64,000 nucleotides of DNA from a virus. Its lineage: Duplodnaviria > Heunggongvirae > Uroviricota > Caudoviricetes. The notes beneath the pieces are model-generated. The model was not told the DNA's origin. It saw only the letters and a list, made by a program, of their open reading frames with translations, and made no database searches. The first letter of the stretch is position 1; every line of letters starts with the position of its first letter. Shown here one piece after another: positions 37,031-43,578 of this stretch. The DNA lies in IMG/VR virus record IMGVR_UViG_3300042554_002914, one strand, 5' to 3'. Both the position numbers and the translations under genes were made by a program.

Positions 37031-37104
37031 TCGGGATGACAGGATTCGGACCTGCGACCTCTCGCTCCCAAAGCGAAGGCTCTACCAAACTGAGCTACAT
37101 CCCG
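37031..37104 (-). tRNA. tRNA-Pro(TGG)
   Basis: Loop TT TGG GA; T loop TCCGAAT. Confidence 0.85.
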
Positions 37105-37168
37105 TTTGGAGCCGTTTTGTCTTGTATAGACCCGGACGGACAGACCCGGTTTGGGGTGCGACCCCGAG

Positions 37169-37241
37169 TGGACAAGATCGGTCTCGAACCGACAACCCCC
37201 TGCTTGCAAAACAGGTGCTCTACCAATTGAGCTACGAGCCC
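37169..37241 (-). tRNA. tRNA-Ala(TGC)
   Basis: Loop TT TGC AA; G3:U70; weak acceptor stem. Confidence 0.8.
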
Positions 37242-37264
37242 TTGATTCCTAACAGTTTAACGAC

Positions 37265-38014
37265 TTATCGAGTCTTGGTCGGTGACGCCCGCTTGTAAAC
37301 TTCTCCATCATAGTATTTATCAACAAAAGCACGAGTTGATGTTCCGGATAAGCCAAGCAGTTTAGATGCCTCCTTGACCCATCTATAAGAGGTTAGGTCT
37401 ACTTGTGTTAACAAAGAAAGACGGTTCTGAATTAGGTCTCTTTTACTTTTCTTTCGAGAAACTTTTTCTTCTTCCTTGAGGATCAAATGAGGGAGTTTCT
37501 CCTCAGTTCTTCCGGGACTAAATCCTTCTGGAATTTCAGAACCCTTGGGAATTTTTTTGTTCCCACTTAACGTTCCATTTGTAATCCACATCGTTCCAAA
37601 CATGCTGTTCTTCTCTCCTTTTTGGTACCCCTTTTCGGAAAAAGTTTTCTTTCTCTTTTCTCTTGCCTCTAGCGAGTTAGCTAAATGCTGTCCGATAGCC
37701 AAGTTATTTTTGTTTGCTTGGTATTGCTTTAAGGTTATACCGTGGAGAGCTATGTTTCTGGCTTTAACAGTTTTAGCTTTTTCCAGACCCAACCTTCTCA
37801 GGTCAGCTATGATGGCTTCTTTTCCGATTTCACCAGTTAGACCTTTCCAGGCCAACCAGTCTCGTTTGTCCCCCCATAATTGCCAGTTACAGAAATGAAA
37901 CATGGCATGTTGAGTGACTGAGACTTCAATAAGATTAGAGGAATGATCGGTGCCCCCTTTATATTTAGGAAGAAGGTGGTGTTTGTGGTTCACTGCCAGT
38001 CGTTTAACTAACAA
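37265..38014 (-). CDS. HNH homing endonuclease with NUMOD-like C-terminus
   Basis: HKHHLLPKYKGG.D..NL....QHAMFH; N.MFGTMWITNG. Confidence 0.85.
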   Translation of the reverse strand: MLVKRLAVNHKHHLLPKYKGGTDHSSNLIEVSVTQHAMFHFCNWQLWGDKRDWLAWKGLTGEIGKEAIIADLRRLGLEKAKTVKARNIALHGITLKQYQANKNNLAIGQHLANSLEAREKRKKTFSEKGYQKGEKNSMFGTMWITNGTLSGNKKIPKGSEIPEGFSPGRTEEKLPHLILKEEEKVSRKKSKRDLIQNRLSLLTQVDLTSYRWVKEASKLLGLSGTSTRAFVDKYYDGEVYKRASPTKTR

Positions 38015-38158
38015 GTTTTACCCTATAAAGAGCTATGGCCCCGTGTCTACCTAATGTTTTCTAACATGTAGGTTTTACCCTTGAGTGTGACAGTGAGCGA
38101 AGGATTAGCTATGGCAGCAGCCAGTTGCTTCCTTGCTTCAGGGTCGTTTAGAATTTCT

Positions 38159-38512
38159 TTAATTAGTTCCGTTGGCCTTACTTTCATCCCAAGACCTCAT
38201 AAGAGCCTGATACTTAACTTCATCTTCTTGAGCTTGCTTTTGAATTATATCGTAAGCTTGCTCCGCTCCCGCCACTAAAGACTTGTATATGTATTCATTC
38301 TCAGGTTTATCCTGGATGAAGGTCTCTGGGCACTTCCCCAGGGAAATTAAAAGATTGTACATACTCTTATGCACGTACTCTTCTTTAGTTTGTTCGATCT
38401 TTTGCATGGGTTTACCTAAAAAAAAATTCACTAGGGCAAGATGGTTGTGTTTTCTACCAAAAAGAAAGTTTTTAGATTGCTGAACCATCTTAGTTTTGCT
38501 ATCGCAAAACAT
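38159..38512 (-). CDS. Hypothetical protein (likely start MQKIEQ ~38407)
   Basis: ORF 5' extension overlaps repeat S2. Confidence 0.5.
   Translation of the reverse strand: MFCDSKTKMVQQSKNFLFGRKHNHLALVNFFLGKPMQKIEQTKEEYVHKSMYNLLISLGKCPETFIQDKPENEYIYKSLVAGAEQAYDIIQKQAQEDEVKYQALMRSWDESKANGTN
38437..38511 (-). repeat. Structured intergenic repeat S2
   Basis: Near-identical to S1. Confidence 0.85.
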
Positions 38513-38578
38513 CCCCGTTTTTTGCCGGGGTTTGATCTCCCGGTAGTTATCACCCCTAGACTTTCACCTGAGGGTAAA

Positions 38579-38651
38579 TTGAACGCACGGGACTCGAACC
38601 CGCATCCTCCACCAGGAACGGTGGCGCTCTACCACTTGGAGCTAACGTCCA
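38579..38651 (-). tRNA. Atypical tRNA, 6-nt anticodon loop (GTTCCT), G3:U70
   Basis: Intact acceptor, D and T arms; CCACC/GGTGG stem closes only 6 nt. Confidence 0.6.
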
Positions 38652-38829
38652 AATCTCTTTTAAGAAACCTGCAAGTAACTTTGAAGAGATCGGGTTTTGT
38701 AATTGCAGTTACTTACCCTGGGGACTCACACCCTTTATACAACTATGGTGCCCACTGTTGTTAATGGGTTATGCTACACGGGTTCACTGCTGGTATGGAA
38801 ACTGCACTGTAAACTCACCATGAGCAAAA

Positions 38830-39524
38830 GACTCAGATGGGATTCGAACCCACAGACCGCTATAAGGACAGTTCTTAAGACACTTTGGAAGAACGGGTGT
38901 AAGGGGCGGGACCCTTCCAATACTTGTTTAAAAACCTTCTTGCTTGGGGGTGGGAGATACCCCAAAGTTGGGATACTTGTTTAACCCACCCTAACTTTTG
39001 AAGGTTTATGCCTGAGTTTTCCAATTGCTCTATCCTTAGGGATACTTCCGTTTGAGTCAGGTTGTTGTATGAGCTTGATCTCTTAGTCTTTTCTCCCAGT
39101 CTTTTGTAGAAGTCTTCCCCATACCTTTCCTTTATGGTCTCGGCTATTTTCTTAGCTAAGAGCGGCCTATTCCTATGGTTGTCTAAGGAGTTTTCCTTGG
39201 CAGTACCCCAATAAAGGTGTTTAACGTTGGAGCAAAAACCATTATGGCAAGCATGGCACAAGTAACCCGTCTTTAACCCGAGAGAGTGGCACGTAGTGTT
39301 AAGGTGCATAGCAAGTAATGCTCTGTTCTCTTTGGAACGTGCTCCTATTTCGAGGCAAGGTTCGGCAAGATCCAGATGACACTGTCTTTGCTCTAGAGAC
39401 AAGCTCATATAGTCTAGAAGGTGTTTTCTTTCCATTGATATGTGGCCAGTGTCTCTGGAGGAACTTTTTGCAAAAGTAAAGTTGGTACGCAAAGCAGCGC
39501 TTTAGGCCGCTAAGCTACGAAGTC
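38830..39524 (-). pseudogene. tRNA-Leu(TAA) split by an HNH gene
   Basis: 5' half GACTTCG..D arm (39524-~39493); 3' half CT TAA GA..T arm..CTGAGTC (38882-38830); acceptor halves pair 6/7. Confidence 0.75.
38875..39435 (-). CDS. HNH (His-Cys-like) homing endonuclease inside the split tRNA
   Basis: LCHACHNGFCSNVKHLYWGTAKEN..D; ATG at 39435; stop codon is the TAA anticodon. Confidence 0.85.
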   Translation of the reverse strand: MERKHLLDYMSLSLEQRQCHLDLAEPCLEIGARSKENRALLAMHLNTTCHSLGLKTGYLCHACHNGFCSNVKHLYWGTAKENSLDNHRNRPLLAKKIAETIKERYGEDFYKRLGEKTKRSSSYNNLTQTEVSLRIEQLENSGINLQKLGWVKQVSQLWGISHPQARRFLNKYWKGPAPYTRSSKVS

Positions 39525-39591
39525 ATTTGCCCCCGCCTTGGCTCACTTGCTTGTCCCTAAGAACTGCACTAGCAAACCTGCTTGGAGCAAG

Positions 39592-39664
39592 CGCCCAATG
39601 AGGGAGTCGAACCCCCGTATTCTAGTCCGTAGCCAGACGCTCTAATCCACTGAGCTAATTGGGC
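39592..39664 (-). tRNA. tRNA-Arg(ACG)
   Basis: Loop CT ACG GA. Confidence 0.9.
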
Positions 39665-39706
39665 AGTTTTCTGACGAAGTTTTCGTAAGTTTTTCGTAAG
39701 AAAAAG

Positions 39707-39787
39707 TGGCCCCCAAGGGACTTGAACCCTTACAGCTTTCGCCGGGAGTTTTTAAGACTCCTGTGTCTACCCTTCCACCAGAAGGCC
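39707..39787 (-). tRNA. tRNA-Leu(TAA)
   Basis: Loop CT TAA AA; long variable arm. Confidence 0.9.
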
Positions 39788-39848
39788 ATTTGGTACCAAA
39801 TTGTCAAGTTGCTGTTGGGTTGAAGGGCTTTGTGTCCCTTACCTTTGT

Positions 39849-39890
39849 ATTATAGGTTGGTGGCCCTGGCAAGTAAAGGGCGGTTAACCG
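39849..39890 (-). promoter_or_regulatory. Class C promoter of tRNA operon
   Basis: CGGTTAACCG + TTTACT-17-TATAAT. Confidence 0.75.
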
Positions 39891-39910
39891 AACGTTTGCT
39901 GAGCAAACGA

Positions 39911-39981
39911 CACCGGAGAGAGGAATCGAACCCCCATCTACTGGTTTGGAAGCAGTGGTCTTACCATTAGACGACTCCGGC
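39911..39981 (-). tRNA. tRNA-Trp(CCA)-like with a Gly-type body
   Basis: Register 27-43 gives TT CCA AA with C31xC39; G73. Confidence 0.55.
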
Positions 39982-40012
39982 ATTTTATCTTAAATTTTCT
40001 CGTGAGAGAAAA

Positions 40013-40084
40013 AGCGGGTAGGGGTAGTCGAAACCCCGTCTACTGTTTGGAAGACAGTCATATTGGCCGTTATACGATACCCGC
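40013..40084 (-). tRNA. tRNA-Gly(TCC)
   Basis: Loop CT TCC AA; U73. Confidence 0.88.
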
Positions 40085-40648
40085 ATGAATAACTTTAAGA
40101 CCTTTGAATTCGGGGATGATTCCAGAGAACATCTTCCTAATTGTAGTCATACCAATGTGGTAGTGTTTTCTGGCTTCTTTTAGACTTGGGAATTTTTTAA
40201 TTTCGCCAGAAAAAGTTTCTAAAATCTGGATGGGTGTCCCCTTAGATAGCTGTATTTTCTTAGCTATTTCCTTTCTTCTGGACTCTGGTGTACCTTGCCA
40301 TCGGATTTTATTCCGATCTCTTAACTTTTGTTTAGTTGACTCTTTGACTGGAAGTTGATTTCGAGTTCTTGCACCCCTGCGAAGGGACTCTAAGGAGAAT
40401 TTACCCCCTACACACTCATTTAAACAATTGGAATCATTGATAAAATGTGATATGATCCGTGTCTCTACTGAATTAGCTTCTCCCCTCGTTTCAAACCACT
40501 CTAGAATTGTAACCTTATGGCCATAGAAGTTCCATAACCATTTGTGAGTTTTTGGAGAGCCAAAATAAGGCTTACCGTTGTCGGTATGAACTCCAAAATA
40601 GTACCATGGCATACCTGGGAAAGTCACTTTGTATGTATAATGTTTCAG
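40070..40648 (-). CDS. GIY-YIG (Seg-like) homing endonuclease; 3' end overlaps tRNA-Gly
   Basis: HYTYKVT..YYFGVH when extended to CTG at 40648; E..A..VE; C-terminal FPSLKEARKHY NUMOD1-like. Confidence 0.7.
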   Translation of the reverse strand: MKHYTYKVTFPGMPWYYFGVHTDNGKPYFGSPKTHKWLWNFYGHKVTILEWFETRGEANSVETRIISHFINDSNCLNECVGGKFSLESLRRGARTRNQLPVKESTKQKLRDRNKIRWQGTPESRRKEIAKKIQLSKGTPIQILETFSGEIKKFPSLKEARKHYHIGMTTIRKMFSGIIPEFKGLKVIHAGIV

Positions 40649-40717
40649 AGAGTAGGGTAAAGGAACCTGTCCTTAAATTATACCCTGTTCTTCATTAATT
40701 TTTCGCGTTTAGCGAAA

Positions 40718-40790
40718 TGGGGTAGAAGGGACTCTAACCCTCTAATCACTGGCTCACAACCAGATGCCTTACCACTTGGCTACCACCACC
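40718..40790 (-). tRNA. tRNA-His(GTG), atypical (A73, T loop TTAGAGT)
   Basis: Loop TT GTG AG; genomic G at -1. Confidence 0.75.
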
Positions 40791-40901
40791 ATGGTGCCCT
40801 AGGTTTGTGCCCTAGGTTTGTGCCCCAGGGTAATGAAACTTTAAGGTTATGGTCCCCCATTTCCACCCTAAGTCATATAACCCAGACTCAACCGTAAGCA
40901 A

Positions 40902-41056
40902 TGCCCCAACCAGGGGTTCGAACCTGGAGACAAAAGAATCTATTTTTAACGTGAAAGATACCCGGCAAGGATCACCTTATCAACGTAGGTTCAATACGTC
41001 TATCAGCATTTACTCGTAGATTTGAACCCTAATGCCTGTTCCGATTACTTTGGGAC
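40902..41056 (-). ncRNA. 155-nt tRNA-scaffolded RNA 1
   Basis: Acceptor GTCCCAA/TTGGGGC-A and T arm enclose ~120 nt of nested helices with GTAAATGCTGATAG. Confidence 0.6.
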
Positions 41057-41092
41057 TTTTTTCGTGTTTTGAACATTCCTAACAAAGTTAGG

Positions 41093-41166
41093 CTAGATGA
41101 TTGTTTTTCCAGGTTAAAAGAAATTTTCAGATCGTTGAATCATCTGAGTTTTGCAACTGCAAAACA
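41093..41166 (-). repeat. Structured intergenic repeat S3 (diverged, compensatory changes)
   Basis: AGATGATT/AATCATCT versus AGATGGTT/AACCATCT in S1 and S2. Confidence 0.8.
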
Positions 41167-41174
41167 ATGGCAAA

Positions 41175-41255
41175 TGCCCACCGGGGGACTCGAACCCCCA
41201 CGCCTTTCGGCACATGGGCCTAAACCATGCGTGACTTCCATTCCACCAGGCAGGC
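41175..41255 (-). tRNA. tRNA-Leu(TAG)
   Basis: Loop TT TAG GC; long variable arm. Confidence 0.88.
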
Positions 41256-41286
41256 ATTTTTTCTACGAGTTTTTCGAAGAAAAACA

Positions 41287-41444
41287 TTGAAGTGGAGAGA
41301 CTTGAACTCTCAATGTTAAGATTGCGTCTGGCTGCTACTTAACAGGTGGTTTCAACCATGAGCCAGGAAGTTGCTATTAGCATTTACAACCACATCCGTA
41401 TCGGCTGATTCCACACCCCCGTATACCAGTTCCGGCACACTTCA
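41287..41444 (-). ncRNA. 158-nt tRNA-scaffolded RNA 2 (class II tRNA body with expanded anticodon arm)
   Basis: Perfect acceptor TGAAGTG/CACTTCA-A; D arm CCG-GAACTGGTATA-CGG; perfect T arm; insert contains GTAAATGCTAATAG. Confidence 0.7.
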
Positions 41445-41562
41445 CACCGGTTATTACTGACCCTTAGCTGCAAACCGGAAACCTGTGCTAAGCGCTCCCA
41501 AGTTTAGAAAGGACTGTGCCAGGTACTTGGGGAAACCTTTTCCTTTCCCGGCCGGGAAAGAA

Positions 41563-41634
41563 TGGGAACGGTCGGCATCGAACCAACGACTCATCGCTTA
41601 TCAAGCGATTGCTCTTCCACTGAGCTACGCTCCC
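41563..41634 (-). tRNA. tRNA-Ile(GAT)
   Basis: Loop TT GAT AA. Confidence 0.9.
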
Positions 41635-41709
41635 TTGGTGTTAAATTGTCTAGTTTCTGTCAATGGCGTAACCAGAGGCGTAACCAGAGGCGTTACCAGC
41701 GACACCCTC

Positions 41710-41751
41710 ATTATAGGGTCTTGCTTCGGGAAAGTAAAGGACGGTTTGCCG
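41710..41751 (-). promoter_or_regulatory. Class C promoter
   Basis: CGGCAAACCG + TTTACT-17-TATAAT. Confidence 0.7.
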
Positions 41752-41795
41752 CCCCCACCTTACGGACTTTTTCGCGTTTTTCGCGTTAGCGAAAA

Positions 41796-41881
41796 TGGGT
41801 ATAGACAGGATTCGAACCTGCGATGCCAGAGGCGACCGCTGTACACACGGCCCACCATGCCAGTTTCAGTGAGATATACCC
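41796..41881 (-). tRNA. tRNA-Tyr(GTA), divergent
   Basis: Perfect acceptor and T arm; loop GT GTA CA (C37). Confidence 0.7.
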
Positions 41882-41904
41882 GTGAAGTTTCCGATGGGAA
41901 ACAA

Positions 41905-41987
41905 TGGGAGCGGTAGGATTCGAACCTACGAAGCGTGAAGCAACCGGGTTACAGCCGGTCTCCTTTGACCACTCGGAGAACACTCCC
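41905..41987 (-). tRNA. tRNA-Tyr(GTA)
   Basis: Canonical; loop CT GTA AC. Confidence 0.92.
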
Positions 41988-42089
41988 ATTTGCCCTACAG
42001 GTTACTGCTTTGGGTTAGGCCACCCCCTACTTTTTAACTCTAAAGTAGTAAATGAGGTTCTTATTTAGAAGCGGTTGCTTGAACCGCCA

Positions 42090-42178
42090 TGGGTGAGGAG
42101 GGAATTGAACCCCCGAGGTTAAAAAACCACTTCAGCTTTACAGGCTGACACTACGTTGCCAACAGTAGACACTCACCC
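42090..42178 (-). tRNA. tRNA-Tyr(GTA), divergent D arm
   Basis: Loop CT GTA AA; long variable arm. Confidence 0.82.
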
Positions 42179-42299
42179 TTGGTATCACGTCTCAGATTAC
42201 GGTTCTGAGTTTTCCCGGTACATGTTCCCGGTCGAGTTAATAACCCTTGCGAGGTTCTCTTGATACTCCAATCGTGATTATTTTTCTGCAGAGCAGAAA

Positions 42300-42365
42300 T
42301 GGGTCACCGGGGACTCGAACCGTCTCCTTAAAAGGGAGCTACGCTACCAATTGCGTTAGTGACCC
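42300..42365 (-). pseudogene. tRNA-Lys(TTT) with deletion of variable loop and part of T stem
   Basis: 66 nt; loop CT TTT AA; T stem only partly paired. Confidence 0.65.
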
Positions 42366-42403
42366 AAATTGCAAATTGTCAAGTTGCGTTGCTCGGGGTT
42401 GTG

Positions 42404-42570
42404 CCGATAGAATTTTGCTAACCTAAGTTAACAATGCACAGGTATTAATAGCTGAGGGGCTATCTCCCAAAGTCTCAAGAATTCTTGAGACGCTTTTTAC
42501 CCAGATATTCCGGGCACCATTTATGTCTCTATTGACACAATGGCTATCATCTTGTATAATTTTAGAACCC
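42404..42570 (-). mobile_element. TnpB C-terminal/right-end remnant, copy 2
   Basis: Encodes HCVNRDINGARNI (TnpB C-terminal motif); sits between a class C promoter and its leader; left edge approximate. Confidence 0.75.
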
Positions 42571-42581
42571 CTTACCTTTGT

Positions 42582-42623
42582 AGTATAGGTTGCTGGCCCT
42601 GGCAAGTAAAGGGCGGTTAACCG
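42582..42623 (-). promoter_or_regulatory. Class C promoter at head of tRNA array
   Basis: TTTACT-17-TATACT; near-duplicate of 39849..39890. Confidence 0.75.
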
Positions 42624-42638
42624 AACCTTGCGCCTGGA

Positions 42639-42703
42639 AAAATTTCGGGAGGGGGCGTTAGCCCCCGACCAGGGACGGGCGCCGTAGGCGATTGCCCGGA
42701 CCC
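42639..42703. repeat. GC-rich hairpin element, inverted copy of 7598..7661
   Basis: 46-nt perfect core. Confidence 0.9.
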
Positions 42704-42804
42704 AACACCACCCGGCACCATGGCACCAAGGGGAATATCCACTGATGACACAACCTTCCAGGTATTATACCCCCATCCTACCCCCCATAACCAGTATTAA
42801 ACCC

Positions 42805-43578
42805 CTAAGCAACAAAATCCCCTAGCTGAATCCTGCCCTCCGGCACCCATTCTTTGACAATGGCCCTAATTATGGGCTTAGTTGGCCTATACTGGGGGGG
42901 AATATCCGACATGTCCAAACTCTCGGGTCCAACCAAAACCCGTTGGCGTTTAATGTAGGTCCCATGGGTGAATGCCCTAGGGAGTTCTTCCCAAGGTTTC
43001 CCTATTTGTTTCAGCAAGGTTTTCATTTCCTCGCAAGTTACCCCTTGAAGATCCTTATGTGAAAATAAACTCTGAGCATACATTGACACTGAGTTTTTTG
43101 TAGCATCGTTAAGTCTCCACAGGAAATTCTTATAGACGTATTCCAAATTAGGAACGTTCCATACCCTGCAGTCAAATACTGGGTACTGGCCGGACTTCTC
43201 AGGAAGGCAATCAGGTAAGTTCCCTGTGAAAAATGCCCCCGCCATAGATGCCAGAATTGAGGTCAGTTTCTGATATTTGCCCCTAAATAGGAAGTCTCGA
43301 TTGGAGTAATTTCGCTTGTCAAGGTGCCAATATAAGGTGATTTCATCAGATTGGCAATACCCGAGCAAAGCTTCACTTTCGGTAACAAGGTGCCTGGTGG
43401 TAGCAACCATTAGGTTAACGAATCGCTCATCAAACGGCTTTTGGAGGCCATGGGTAAACGAGCTAAAGGCCCTTCCATCGATGCGGCACATTAAAGGGCG
43501 GAAAGGATTTGCGGTCCTGCCTGCCTCTTTTTGCTCTTGTTCTTTTAGGATGTCGCCTAGGGTGTCAGTGTGTGGCAT
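42805..43578 (-). CDS. tRNA(His) guanylyltransferase Thg1-like protein
   Basis: RIDGRAFSSFT..KPFD, YCQSDEITL, K..SILAS, FDCR, WR..DA.KNS. Confidence 0.93.
   Translation of the reverse strand: MPHTDTLGDILKEQEQKEAGRTANPFRPLMCRIDGRAFSSFTHGLQKPFDERFVNLMVATTRHLVTESEALLGYCQSDEITLYWHLDKRNYSNRDFLFRGKYQKLTSILASMAGAFFTGNLPDCLPEKSGQYPVFDCRVWNVPNLEYVYKNFLWRLNDATKNSVSMYAQSLFSHKDLQGVTCEEMKTLLKQIGKPWEELPRAFTHGTYIKRQRVLVGPESLDMSDIPPQYRPTKPIIRAIVKEWVPEGRIQLGDFVA

Noticed and set aside
38660-38825. Additional tRNA around GGG-TGTGAGT-CCC
   Set aside because: T-arm-like hairpin only; no pairing acceptor 5' strand or D arm found
38881-39492. Group I intron in tRNA-Leu(UAA), as in cyanobacteria
   Set aside because: No room for a catalytic core, no P7-like motifs seen, and the junction is not within the anticodon
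41340-41415. Archaeal-type bulge-helix-bulge intron in the 41287 RNA
   Set aside because: A 4-bp helix and a 3-nt bulge exist, but bulge polarity is opposite to canonical BHB
21233-42365. Stop-codon reassignment or suppressor tRNAs
   Set aside because: No convincing CTA/TTA/TCA anticodon; well-conserved genes end normally at TAA, TAG and TGA
42423-42605. Functional TnpB gene
   Set aside because: Only the last ~45 codons are present, with no RuvC-I/II region; the ORF start runs through a promoter
14284-42623. CRISPR array or mini-array
   Set aside because: Repeats are dispersed at gene starts, not regularly spaced with unique ~30-40-nt spacers
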